A stretch of 64,000 nucleotides of DNA from Deltaproteobacteria bacterium. Its GTDB lineage: Bacteria > Myxococcota_A > UBA9160 > UBA4427. The translations under genes were made by a program, and so were the position numbers. Shown here in pieces: positions 29,285-39,430 of this stretch. The stretch is from positions 48-64,047 of the forward strand of contig PBFW01000053.1 of the NCBI GenBank assembly GCA_002719955.1. Direction: 5' to 3'. The notes below the pieces were generated by a model. The model worked only from the letters and a program-made list of their open reading frames with translations. It was not told the DNA's origin and searched no databases. How positions within the stretch are numbered: position 1 is the first letter of the stretch; every line of letters begins with the position of its first letter.

Positions 29285-29878
29285 TCATTGGCAGATCGGC
29301 TGACTCGTCGTGATTTCGGTATTCGACTCGAGGACACAGAAGAGCGGCTCGGGATCGATTTCGTTGGCACACATCCAGGCGGTGTTTCGATCTTTCGATT
29401 CGGCGAATACACAGGCGATGCGATCGGCCGTCGATCGCGGGCGCTCGACGGCTTGCCCCGCGTCCTTCTCCCAGTCGACCTGTGTTCGGCTCTCCGAGCG
29501 TGGGATGGACTGCCAGCCCGTGAGTTCGACTCTGGAAGAACCCTTCGGCAGGGAGGGGACGGGGGCGAATTCGAGGCATCCCTGCGCGGTCGGGTAGAAG
29601 AAGCGAAGTGCGAAGCCTCGGCGACTCTCGGCGGCCTCGAGATCAGCGATTTCGTGCTCACCGATGGCGATATCCAGTGCCAGCGCCCCGGTATCCATGC
29701 CGGAAAAAGCCAGTCCGCGATCGATAGCCAGTCCGAGATGGGGACGAACGTCGATCGCATGAAGGCGTTTACCGTCGTCGAGAACGTCGAGACTCAGGAA
29801 GCTCTCGTCGAGTCCGAGCGCGTTGGAGTTGCGCGAGACGGCTCGGAGATCGGTGCGGTCCCCCGCTGCGCGAGCCAT
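29285..29878 (-). CDS. Hypothetical protein (strand ambiguous)
   Basis: 197-aa ORF mirrored by antisense ORF 29273..29914; no recognised motif. Confidence 0.35.
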   Translation of the reverse strand: MARAAGDRTDLRAVSRNSNALGLDESFLSLDVLDDGKRLHAIDVRPHLGLAIDRGLAFSGMDTGALALDIAIGEHEIADLEAAESRRGFALRFFYPTAQGCLEFAPVPSLPKGSSRVELTGWQSIPRSESRTQVDWEKDAGQAVERPRSTADRIACVFAESKDRNTAWMCANEIDPEPLFCVLESNTEITTSQPICQ

Positions 29879-30368
29879 CAGTCGCGTGGCATGGCGAGTG
29901 TCGGGCGCTTCTGAATCTTGGTCGTAGACGAGCGTGTTGAGCCCGCGCGCTCGAGCGCACTAGCGGCGGATCGATCGGCACCGATCTGCACGAACCATCG
30001 CGAATCGTTCCGGCGGGCGGCCATCGACCCGACTCAATACACTACGCAAGAATTCCCGATCTTCGACTAGGTGTTTCTCGCGAGGCTACATAAAGAGAAA
30101 GCGCGGACGCGCGAGGAAGATCTGCGGAGCATGGTACGCTCGCGATCGGACACAAAACCGTGATCGAGGCGTGGTGGCTTGCTGGCTATCGCGTGCCGGT
30201 TTGATGGCGGTGGTGGGGCGATGGCGAACGGAGGGCGTGCCGCGCAAGGGCGTCGTGGCTCTTTGAGAAAGGCGGTGAACTCGCAGTGATCTCCCCCTTG
30301 GGCGCTCGCAATTCTTTCGTGCCGGGGATTGGAACCCGCAGCGTCGACGCGAGTCGGTCGGGGGGCGC

Positions 30369-30740
30369 ATGAGTTCGCTCGAGGTCGCGGCCAAGGAGCC
30401 CGAGGGTCGATCTCTCCGGCTCTGGCGGGTCGTTCTCTCTCTCGCGGAGCCGGCGGGGGCCCTTCGCGACCAGCCGTCCCACCCCGGTCTGTCCGAGAAC
30501 CTCGTTTTCGAATTCGACGAGGCCTATACGGCCTTCGTCGATCGCTTCAGCACGCTGCCGAGTGAGGCGCAGATGCTCGCGCTCCAGGCCCTTGACACGA
30601 AAGTCGCGGCTATGGTGGGCGCGAAGGATGCGGATTTGTGGACGCAGAGGGCGCGCCGGGAAGATCCGAATTGGGACGATGTGCGATCCCTGGCGACGAG
30701 GATTCTCGTCGAATTCGGCTGGCCGACGATGCACGCATGA
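30369..30740 (+). CDS. Hypothetical alpha-helical protein
   Basis: G-rich RBS-like run upstream; LVFEFDEAY..LQALD..DLWT..PNWDDVRSLA..FGW. Confidence 0.7.
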   Translation: MSSLEVAAKEPEGRSLRLWRVVLSLAEPAGALRDQPSHPGLSENLVFEFDEAYTAFVDRFSTLPSEAQMLALQALDTKVAAMVGAKDADLWTQRARREDPNWDDVRSLATRILVEFGWPTMHA

Positions 30741-30762
30741 AAATTGTGTCCGATTTCCGGTG

Positions 30763-31342
30763 ATGCGACGGCCGCGCTTTCACGTATTCGACTCCGGGGG
30801 TCGCCAAGGAGAAGAAATAGTCTCGACGATCCCCCTGGAGAATTTGTTGTTCCTGGATCCGCAACTTGCCGGCAACTGGGCCGCGATCGTGGCCGATTTC
30901 ATGAACGCCGAATCCGCCCTTCCGGGTTCCCTGTGGCCTCTCGAGGGGCAGGATGCCCACGTTGTGTGCTATTCGATCGAAAAGATCGATCGGACTGCCC
31001 ACGGAACGTGCGATGCGGCAGGAGGCGTGGAAATCGAGGTCGCGCGGGTGGATCAGGTAAATCCTGAACCCCTCTCTAGTGTTGGGTGTCCTATCCCTTC
31101 GACGCCCCAGATGAGGATGAGATGATCGGAGGCTTCGACCCGACCGAGATCATTGCCTGCGCGCTTCGGCCGCAGGGAAGCTGGATGTATATATTGACGC
31201 TGGTAGGTTTCGTCCTGGCCTCGTGGTCGATCGCCCCGAAATGCGCTCCCATTCGCCCCGCCATCACTACGCCATCGAGTTGGTTGGAGTCATCAGCGCT
31301 TCCGGTGCGTTTCTCGCGTGCGGAATCTTCCTGACGGCCTAG
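30763..31342 (+). pseudogene. Probable frameshifted remnant of a membrane-anchored protein
   Basis: Three consecutive protein-like segments in different frames, ending in two hydrophobic helices. Confidence 0.35.
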
Positions 31343-32148
31343 CGTTTTTCGTCCAGCGCTTCGAGAATCATCAATCCATCGTGCAGAGCGCCTGCGTCAT
31401 GGGTACGGAGGTATTCAGCCCCGGCACGGGCCGCGTGGAGTTCCGCGGCGAGTGTGGCTGCACCGATTTCATCCACCCCCCGTCCGGTAATCGCGCGAAG
31501 GAAGGACTTGCGCGAGACGGAGATGAACACGGGGCGGCCGAAGCGCGCACGCAGCTTGGGGATGTGTTGAAGGACCGCGACCGACGCTGCGGGGTCGCTG
31601 CCCAGGAAGAATCCCATCCCCGGGTCGATGATGAGTCGCTCTTCGGCGACGCCGGCGAGAACGAGCTCGTTGAGTCTCGCGTCGAAGAATCGTTGGATCG
31701 ATCCGAGGACCTCCTCAGGAGAGGCCTCGGTGCGCACGGCGCGTTCCCGCTCGAGCAATGAGTGCACGACGACGAGGTCGACCTCGGCCGAGGCGAGGCG
31801 GGCCTGTGTTTCCGGTTCGGGGAAGCCCCGGATGTCGTTCAGCAGGGCCACACCGGCTTCGAGCGACCAGGCCAGGACTTCGGGATCCGTCGCATCGACG
31901 GAGAGGGGAAGAGACCCGCTCCGGAGCGCGTCCACGACGGGCGCGAGTCGCTCGATCTGAAGGGCTGCGGAGACGGGTGTCGCGTCGGGGTTGCTCGAGG
32001 CTGGTCCGAGTTCGAGGATATCCGCCCCGCTCTCGGTGAGGGCGCGGGCATGCTGGATGGCCGCTGTCGGGGCTAGGTAGCGACCTCCGTCCGAGAATGA
32101 ATCCTCGGTGATATTCACTACCGCTACGACCTTCGGGGCGACGCTCAT
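31339..32148 (-). CDS. folP: Dihydropteroate synthase, Sul-like
   Basis: VNITEDSFSDGG, GPASSNPDA, LNDIRGFP, DPGMGFFLG, SVSRKSFL, RTHD. Confidence 0.92.
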   Translation of the reverse strand: MSVAPKVVAVVNITEDSFSDGGRYLAPTAAIQHARALTESGADILELGPASSNPDATPVSAALQIERLAPVVDALRSGSLPLSVDATDPEVLAWSLEAGVALLNDIRGFPEPETQARLASAEVDLVVVHSLLERERAVRTEASPEEVLGSIQRFFDARLNELVLAGVAEERLIIDPGMGFFLGSDPAASVAVLQHIPKLRARFGRPVFISVSRKSFLRAITGRGVDEIGAATLAAELHAARAGAEYLRTHDAGALHDGLMILEALDEKR

Positions 32149-32516
32149 CTCGGATTTCTAGCACGCCCCTCTCGACCCTGTGGTCGAACGTCTCGTCGAG
32201 GGCCTCGTGCCGGAGGTGAGCAGGGCTCGTTCGAACGCGTTAAGTGGGTCGCCGCGCGCTTTGGATGGCACATGGGGTGGTGCAGCAAATTGTATCAGGG
32301 CCCCCTTGCGGAGCGTTCGGGGCGGTGACTCCGAATTTTACATCGCTTTTACGTAGCTGCCCTGTTCGATCGTTTTCCGAGCCGACCGATTCAGCTACAT
32401 CTGCGTTCGCGTCCTGTCTTGATCACGAAGAGATCGGTCGATTCGACAGATTTCGAACAGTTCGTTCGAGCCTCTGCTTCATCAACCGATGCCCCCGCGA
32501 AAGATGATTGAAATCC

Positions 32517-33410
32517 ATGAACGCTGCGATCGACCTCGATAACCGCGTCTCTGCCGACTCTGCGCCCGCTGTCGACCCGGCAGTCGAGGTCTCTCTCGAA
32601 TCGAAGGGAGTCAAAGCCAAGAAAGGCTCGGTTCTCCGATACCGCGCCGATCGTCGCTCGGTCTCGTTCGTGTTGGGGATGTTTGCGTTGCATGCGCTCG
32701 CCTTCTTTCTCGCTCCGCCTTGGCTGGCTGCGATCTGCCTCGTCCCGCTGGCGATCGGAAGCATGTTCATTGCAGCGATCAATCATCACCATCAGCATTT
32801 CAATACGTTCCGCTCGCCGTGGTTGAATCGGATCTACGAACTAGTCCTGGCGTTACAGACCGGCATCAGTCCTTTCGGTTGGGTGCTGCACCACAACCTC
32901 GGTCACCATCGGAATTATCTCAACCAGCCCCCTCATCCGGAGCCCGATGAGTCGAACTGGACTCGCCCGGATGGTTCTCAGATGGGCCGGGTCGAATACA
33001 CGATCGATCTCATCTTGAACCATCAGCTCGACATCTTTCGAGTCGGATGGAAATATCCGAAATTCCTCCGGGCCTTCCTGCTGATGAAGATTCCGCTCTA
33101 CGTGATCATCGCAGTCGCGCTCTACATCAATCCCGTGAATGCCTTCCTGGTACTGCTGATTCCTTCGTTCATCGCGCTCTGCCACACGTCCTGGGCGACC
33201 TACGAACACCATGCCGGCCACTATCCGACGGATCATTACGATGCGAGCATGAATCGGAAGAATGCCATCTTCAATTTCCTGACCTGCAACCTGGGCTTGC
33301 ACACCGCACACCATCTGCGCCCGGGGGTCCACTGGTCGCTTCTCCCGAAGCTCCACGAAGAGATCGAGAACAGGATTCCACCGGAGATGATTCTGACTAC
33401 CTTCTGGTAG
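32517..33410 (+). CDS. Membrane fatty acid desaturase family protein
   Basis: Histidine boxes HHHQH, HHNLGHH, YEHH and HTAHH, plus TM segments. Confidence 0.88.
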   Translation: MNAAIDLDNRVSADSAPAVDPAVEVSLESKGVKAKKGSVLRYRADRRSVSFVLGMFALHALAFFLAPPWLAAICLVPLAIGSMFIAAINHHHQHFNTFRSPWLNRIYELVLALQTGISPFGWVLHHNLGHHRNYLNQPPHPEPDESNWTRPDGSQMGRVEYTIDLILNHQLDIFRVGWKYPKFLRAFLLMKIPLYVIIAVALYINPVNAFLVLLIPSFIALCHTSWATYEHHAGHYPTDHYDASMNRKNAIFNFLTCNLGLHTAHHLRPGVHWSLLPKLHEEIENRIPPEMILTTFW

Positions 33411-34826
33411 ATGACCGAATCCACTTTGCCCACGAATGTGCGATCAGGCTTCGCACGTGTGCTCCACGAACTGACCCAGCGCGATCATACGCAGGGGCGG
33501 CTGCTCGTGTCGATCCTCGTGCTGGCCGCGCCTGCCGTCGTCTCCTCGTCGGGCATGGCGCTCTTCCAACTCTTCGATCTGCGTTTCCTCGGGCAGATCA
33601 GCGGTGAAGCGGTGGCTGCGGCCGGCGCGACGAATCAGACCCTGCGGCAGGTTTTCCAGGTTTCCGCGTTTGGACTCTCGATTGGGATCCAGATGATGAT
33701 CGCATTCGCGGTGGGGCGGTCACGACTCGAGGAGGCCGAACACGTCGCAGGCCAGAGTTTTCTCATCACCGGTCTCCTCGCCCTGCTCGCGATCGTGACG
33801 GTCGGACTCTTTCCCAAGTTCTTCGTCTCGCTGATCGTGAATGATGCAGCCGTTCCCATGGCCGAGACCTACGCGCGCATCACTTTCCTCTTCTTCGCCT
33901 TCAATATGTTCGCCCAGGCGTCCAATGGCATTCTGGTCGGTTCGGGGGACGCGACGACACCGATGTTGATCGGTTTGGCACAGGTCCCCGTCATCATCTT
34001 CTTCGAGTGGGCATTGGCATTCGGGAAATTCGGGATGCCCGAGTTGGGCGTCGCCGGGATCGCCTATGGAACGGCGATCGGCGGTGGATTTTCCTTTGTC
34101 CTCGCGATGTGGGCGCTCTTCAGCGGGCGCAGCCGTGTGCATCTGCGTGCTCGCCACTTACTACCTGATGGGCCCACCCTCGCCCGGATCGTGGGAACCT
34201 CGTGGCAGCCCGCGCTCCAGATGGTCGCACGCTCGGCGATGATCATGGTCTTCATGTTGCTGGCCGGGCGACTCGGCAGCCACGTGCAGGCGGCGTACAC
34301 GATCGGGCTGCGGATCGAGATGATTGCGGTCATGATCGCGTTCCCGATTGCGAACGGCTGCGCGACGCTCGTGGGGCAAAATCTCGGGGCGGGCGATCCG
34401 GATCGAGCCTGGCGGGCGGTTTGGGCGGCAGCCGCGGTCGAGGTGGCGATTCTGTGGCCGGGCGCTGTGCTGCTCTATTTCTTCCGGGACGCCGCGGTCG
34501 CGATCTTCACCAGCGACGCGCAGGTCGCGGCGGAGGCGAGTGAATATCTCCGCTATGTCTCGTTCATCCTCACCTTCTGGGGAGTCTATTTCGTCGCGTT
34601 CCGAACGCTTCAGGCCGCAGGGGACATGATTACGCCGATGATGATCTCACTCGTGTTGGCGATCTGTCTCGGTACGCCACTCGCGATCTATCTGTCCGGT
34701 CGTCCAGAATATGGGTCATCGGGGATGTGGATCGCGAACGCGACCTACTCGGTCGCGAATGCGCTCTTGATGCTGGGATGGCTCTTTAGGGGCCGCTGGG
34801 CGCGCCGAGCCGTAGCGGATCGTTGA
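33411..34826 (+). CDS. MATE family efflux transporter
   Basis: Multiple TM helices; LAAPAV, GSGDATTPM, LVGQNLGAG, AAGDMITPM. Confidence 0.92.
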   Translation: MTESTLPTNVRSGFARVLHELTQRDHTQGRLLVSILVLAAPAVVSSSGMALFQLFDLRFLGQISGEAVAAAGATNQTLRQVFQVSAFGLSIGIQMMIAFAVGRSRLEEAEHVAGQSFLITGLLALLAIVTVGLFPKFFVSLIVNDAAVPMAETYARITFLFFAFNMFAQASNGILVGSGDATTPMLIGLAQVPVIIFFEWALAFGKFGMPELGVAGIAYGTAIGGGFSFVLAMWALFSGRSRVHLRARHLLPDGPTLARIVGTSWQPALQMVARSAMIMVFMLLAGRLGSHVQAAYTIGLRIEMIAVMIAFPIANGCATLVGQNLGAGDPDRAWRAVWAAAAVEVAILWPGAVLLYFFRDAAVAIFTSDAQVAAEASEYLRYVSFILTFWGVYFVAFRTLQAAGDMITPMMISLVLAICLGTPLAIYLSGRPEYGSSGMWIANATYSVANALLMLGWLFRGRWARRAVADR

Positions 34827-34971
34827 TCCGCTGCGGCTAGATCGATTCGCGTCTCGTCACGCGCAACCTCGGCCGCGGGCAGGGAGCCGGAAAGCCTTCG
34901 GCGTCGAACCGCCTTCTTCGTCCAGAACCGGATCGAGACCGATGTGGCGGTCGGAGTGGGTTGGACGAGAT

Positions 34972-35283
34972 TCAGTTCAGTGCGAGCTTCTCGGGAATCT
35001 CTGTTTTCGGGGTGCCGATCGCGGTTACGATGCAGGTCTCGACCTGTTGCGGCACACCCGTATTCGTGCACACCATCGACGTCGGACTGCCGAGGCGCTG
35101 CAGGAAATCATCACTCTCTAGCCCGGCCGACTTTTCGAAAGCGTCGTCGAGTTGGATTGCGGCGATCGACGCGAAGACGCCGGGATCTATCGCTGGGCCG
35201 GTATCGAGGGTGCCGGCCGAGGCCGAACCGGTCCACGCGAGCGCGAGCAGCGCTGCGAGGACGAATCGTGGTCTAGGTCGCAT
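34972..35283 (-). CDS. Small secreted hypothetical protein
   Basis: AAGGAG RBS; signal peptide ending in ASA; two Cys. Confidence 0.65.
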   Translation of the reverse strand: MRPRPRFVLAALLALAWTGSASAGTLDTGPAIDPGVFASIAAIQLDDAFEKSAGLESDDFLQRLGSPTSMVCTNTGVPQQVETCIVTAIGTPKTEIPEKLALN

Positions 35284-35556
35284 GTCGGGGGGCTCCTTTG
35301 GATGCGCTTATCGGACACTCGATGGATCGCTTGAGGCGTTCTTCCAGCTCATTTCGAAATCATTCGACTCGGATATGCGACTTGCTGACAATTTCCTGCC
35401 GAGACCGCGATAAATCGCGTTCCGGATCCGTATTCAGACCCTGCCGGCGTTCTTGATCTCGGGAAAACGATCAGGTGAATTCCAGAAACACCGGACTAGA
35501 CTTATCCGAGGAACGTCTCGCGGGTGCGCTGGACACCGATACCGAGGAGGTTGAAA

Positions 35557-36516
35557 TTGCGACTCTGGGACGAAGAACTCGAGGGGTATCGGGAAGAAGC
35601 TCGTGCGCTCCTGCAGCATATTCCGGCATTGGCGCAATTCGCCGCTGATATGGATCCGGTCGAGCGTGCGCAAGCGGCCCGCAAGTCGTTTGGTGAAACG
35701 ATGCAGGTCGAGCCTTCCGAGGCGGCCGAGCTTTCGACGATTCCGGGCCCTGCGGGTGATCTGCCGGTGCGAATCTTCCGGCCGAAGGGTGAGGCCCGCG
35801 GGCTTTTCCTGCACCTGCACGGGGGTGGCTGGATCCTTGGTCATCCGGAGATGAGTGATCCCTCCAACCAACATCTCGCTGACGACTTCGACCTGGCGGT
35901 GGTGAGCGTCGACTATCGACTCGCGCCGGAATATCCCTACCCAGCGGGGCCCGACGATTGCGAGACCGCTGCGAAATGGTTGCTCGAAAAGGGCCCTACG
36001 GAATTCGGTGCGGACAGGATGTTCATCGGTGGCGAATCTGCCGGCGGCCATCTGACGCTCGTCACGGCCCTTCGCATTCGGGATCGTCTTCAGGCCGCTG
36101 ATCGACTCCTCGGCCTGAATCTAGTCTTCGGTTGGTACGACGTGAATGGGACGCCGAGCCAGCGGGATAACGGGGGCCACAAGGACGTACTCGATCCGGA
36201 CAACCTCCGTTTCATGGTCGATTGCTTCACGCCGGGCCTTTCTGAGGAAGAACGGCGAGCCCCCGACATCTCACCGCTCTTTGCTAATCTCGAAGGTCTG
36301 CCGCCGAGCCTGATCAGCGTTGGCGGCTACGACCACCTCCGGGACGATTCGCTGTTCCTCGCACCACTTCTTGCGGCGGCGAACGTCGATGTCGAGCTTC
36401 AGGTCTATCCGGACTCGCCACATGGATTTCAGGGGCTGCCCACACAGATGGCTGCCGCGTCCGCGGTGCGGACCGATATCTGGCTCGAACGAGTGATGAA
36501 GCAGGCCGGGATCTGA
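35557..36516 (+). CDS. Alpha/beta hydrolase (HSL-family esterase)
   Basis: HGGGW, YRLAPE, GESAGG, D.LRDD, HGF; TTG start after GAGGAGG. Confidence 0.92.
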   Translation: MRLWDEELEGYREEARALLQHIPALAQFAADMDPVERAQAARKSFGETMQVEPSEAAELSTIPGPAGDLPVRIFRPKGEARGLFLHLHGGGWILGHPEMSDPSNQHLADDFDLAVVSVDYRLAPEYPYPAGPDDCETAAKWLLEKGPTEFGADRMFIGGESAGGHLTLVTALRIRDRLQAADRLLGLNLVFGWYDVNGTPSQRDNGGHKDVLDPDNLRFMVDCFTPGLSEEERRAPDISPLFANLEGLPPSLISVGGYDHLRDDSLFLAPLLAAANVDVELQVYPDSPHGFQGLPTQMAAASAVRTDIWLERVMKQAGI

Positions 36517-36602
36517 ACGATGTGCGGAGATGCTCGTGGGCGAGACGATCAGCACGACGAGCTGCAACCCGAATCAACCGCTCTTGCCAGAGGAGGGAAG
36601 TC

Positions 36603-36944
36603 ATGGGTGTCCATCGACTGATCGTTTTTACTGAACCAAAGCCGGATCAAGACGCCGAATACAACAAGTGGTACGACGAAGTTCACTTGAGAGAAGTGCT
36701 CGAAACCGACGGATTCGTCGCAGCTCAGCGATTCGCCGTCGCGCCTTCACAACTCGGAGAAGTCGGCAAGAGCGTGCCGAGCCGCTATCTGGCGATCTAC
36801 GAGATCGAGGCTGAGAGCCTCGATTCCGCCCTCGAGAAGCTGTTTTCAAGAACGGGGGAGATGAACATGACGGACGCGATGGATCTCGCGAGCGCGACGG
36901 CCATCGGCTACTCCGCGATCGGGGAGCGTCAGCGCTCCGCCTGA
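36603..36944 (+). CDS. DUF4286/EthD-like dimeric alpha-beta barrel protein
   Basis: EYNKWYDEVHLREVL..GFVAAQRF..YLAIYEIE; GGAGG RBS. Confidence 0.8.
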   Translation: MGVHRLIVFTEPKPDQDAEYNKWYDEVHLREVLETDGFVAAQRFAVAPSQLGEVGKSVPSRYLAIYEIEAESLDSALEKLFSRTGEMNMTDAMDLASATAIGYSAIGERQRSA

Positions 36945-37037
36945 TGGTCGGAGGGACGGAGGCGGATCGCTCCGCATCCGGAATTGGATTCAATCCACAC
37001 GAAGGGCCACTCGCTCGAGAAGGCCAAGGAGAAACTC

Positions 37038-37916
37038 ATGCAGAACTACTCGGGCAAAGTTGCCGTCGTCACCGGAGGCGGCGGCGATATCGGCAAGGCG
37101 ATCGCCAAACGGCTCCTCGCGGAGGGCGCGAAGGTCGTCGTCTCCGATGTCGAAAAGGGAGCGCTGGATGCGGTCGTGACCGAGCTGTCCCAGGGCGGGG
37201 GCGAAGTCACGGGAATCGTGACCGATGTCTCCGATCCGGAATCGGTCGAGGCACTCGCGGAACAGGTTTATGGAGAGCACGGTGCCTGTCATCTTCTCTT
37301 CAATAATGCCGGTGTGGGCGCGCCCTCGGTCAATGTCTGGGAGACGACGATCAACGACTGGAAATGGGTCCTCGGGGTGAACGTCATGGGCGTGATCCAT
37401 TGTATCCAGAGTTTTGTTCCACGCATGATCGCGGGGGGCGAAGAGGGCCACGTGATCAACACCTCGTCTGGAGATGGGGGGATCGCGCCGATGGCGGGGC
37501 AGTCCGTCTACGCCTCGAGCAAGGCCAGCGTCTCGATCATCACGGAGTGCCTCGCGGCGCAGTTCAGCCAACAGCATCCGAACCTCAAAGCGACGATCTT
37601 CTACCCGTCGGGGGGCTTGCTCAAGACGGGAATCTGGAGCTGCGCGCGCAATCGACCGGAAGAGTTCGCGCGCGAGAAGCCCTCGGGACAGCCCGAGGAC
37701 CTGATGGGCGCGTTCATGAAACACGCGGAAGAGACGGGCATGGATCTCCAATTCCAGGATCTCGACGATCTGGCCACCGCGCTGATCGCTGATCTCAAGG
37801 CCGACAAATTCGTCGCGATGCTCGGAATCGAGGGTGCCGGCCAGACGCTCCGCACTCGGGCCGAGAAGATCGGTCGCGGCGAAGCGCCCTTCGATGAACA
37901 TTCGATGATCGCCTGA
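37038..37916 (+). CDS. SDR family oxidoreductase
   Basis: TGGGGDIG, FNNAGV, YASSK; AAGGAG RBS. Confidence 0.92.
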   Translation: MQNYSGKVAVVTGGGGDIGKAIAKRLLAEGAKVVVSDVEKGALDAVVTELSQGGGEVTGIVTDVSDPESVEALAEQVYGEHGACHLLFNNAGVGAPSVNVWETTINDWKWVLGVNVMGVIHCIQSFVPRMIAGGEEGHVINTSSGDGGIAPMAGQSVYASSKASVSIITECLAAQFSQQHPNLKATIFYPSGGLLKTGIWSCARNRPEEFAREKPSGQPEDLMGAFMKHAEETGMDLQFQDLDDLATALIADLKADKFVAMLGIEGAGQTLRTRAEKIGRGEAPFDEHSMIA

Positions 37917-37922
37917 GGCTGA

Positions 37923-39338
37923 ATGAGCCAGGATTCGACCAGCGCCCCCTGGGATTCATCGGAATCTCAGGGGGCGAGCCTGCCGTCGACGAACGCTGAA
38001 GGACCGTCCGAAGGTTATGCGTGGTACGTCGTCGGCGTGCTGATGCTGGTCTACCTGTTTTCGTTTCTCGATCGGCAGATCCTGAGTCTGATGGTCGACG
38101 ACCTGAAGGTCGGCCTGTCGATCGATCGCGATTGGCAGATCGCATTCTTGATGGGGCCCGCCTTCGCGGTCTTCTATACGATTTTCGGAATCCCCTTCGG
38201 ACGCGCCGCGGATACACGCAGCCGCAAGCACACGATCTCCCTGGGCCTCGTGCTCTGGAGCGTGATGACCGTTGCCTGCGGATTTGCGCGAAATTTCTGG
38301 AGCATGGCGCTTCTGCGGGTCGGTATTGGAGTCGGGGAAGCCTCTCTTTCGCCGTCGGCCTACTCGATCATCGCGGACTATTTTTCTGGGGCGAAACTCG
38401 CGCGGGCGATCGCGATCTATGCGAGCGGAATCTACCTCGGTTCGGGGCTCGCCTATCTGATCGGTGGTCAGGCGGTTTCGATATTGCGGGGAACGACTCC
38501 CTGGCAGATCCCGATCCTTGGAGTCATTCCCGGTTGGCAGAAGGTCTTCATCATCATCGGGCTTCCCGGCCTGCTCGTTGTCCCACTCCTTCTTCTGACG
38601 GTGCGCGAACCGCTTCGGCGTGGTGTGATCTCGTCTCGCATGGGCGATGGAAGAACGGATCTTCCGTTTTCCGAAGTCTACGCCTATGCGAAGGAGAATT
38701 GGAGAGCACTCGCTACGCATAACGTAGGTTTCGCGCTGCTCTCCTTTTCGAGCTACGGCACGGGCTCCTGGCTCCCCTCGATGTTCAAGCGCGTTCACGG
38801 TTGGGACGTGGCTCAATTCGGTTTCGTCTACGGCTTGATCGTCTTTATCGGATCGGCGAGTGGGGCGATTCTCGGTGGTGTGATTGCTGACGCGCTTGGA
38901 AAACGGGGATATCGAGACGCGAAGATTCGGGTGGGGTTCTTTGCAGCCTGGATCTGGCTCCCCTTCGGTATCGCTTTTCCCATGATCGACGACGCTTCCC
39001 TTGCGATGGTCTGCGCTGCGCCGGCAGCGTTTCTTGCTTCGATGCCCTTCGGAGTTGCGCCGGCCGCACTCCAGGAGATGATGCCCAATAATCTGCGTGG
39101 GCAGATGTCGGCGATCTACCTCTTTGTGACGAATCTCCTGGGTCTGGCGATCGGCCCGCTGATCGTCGGTGCGATGACGGACTACGTCTTCTCCGAGGAG
39201 CTCTACGGACTCGAGGGGATTCGCTGGTCGCTCCTATGGACGACGCTCACCGCTCATCTGATCGCGGCCCTCCTCCTCTACAAGGGGATGTCGGAATATC
39301 GGAAGGCGCTCGATCGATTCGACGTGCGGGGCGAATGA
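37923..39338 (+). CDS. MFS transporter (spinster-like)
   Basis: FSFLDRQILSL, GRAADTRSRK, RVGIGVGEASLSPSAYSIIADYF. Confidence 0.92.
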   Translation: MSQDSTSAPWDSSESQGASLPSTNAEGPSEGYAWYVVGVLMLVYLFSFLDRQILSLMVDDLKVGLSIDRDWQIAFLMGPAFAVFYTIFGIPFGRAADTRSRKHTISLGLVLWSVMTVACGFARNFWSMALLRVGIGVGEASLSPSAYSIIADYFSGAKLARAIAIYASGIYLGSGLAYLIGGQAVSILRGTTPWQIPILGVIPGWQKVFIIIGLPGLLVVPLLLLTVREPLRRGVISSRMGDGRTDLPFSEVYAYAKENWRALATHNVGFALLSFSSYGTGSWLPSMFKRVHGWDVAQFGFVYGLIVFIGSASGAILGGVIADALGKRGYRDAKIRVGFFAAWIWLPFGIAFPMIDDASLAMVCAAPAAFLASMPFGVAPAALQEMMPNNLRGQMSAIYLFVTNLLGLAIGPLIVGAMTDYVFSEELYGLEGIRWSLLWTTLTAHLIAALLLYKGMSEYRKALDRFDVRGE

Positions 39339-39430
39339 GATCTGCAGCCGGAGCATGTTCGTGATCGGGCGAATCTCTTCCGCAGACTTCCTCGGTCGGA
39401 TTTGCAGAAGCAGACCGCCGGGTTGCCCCG

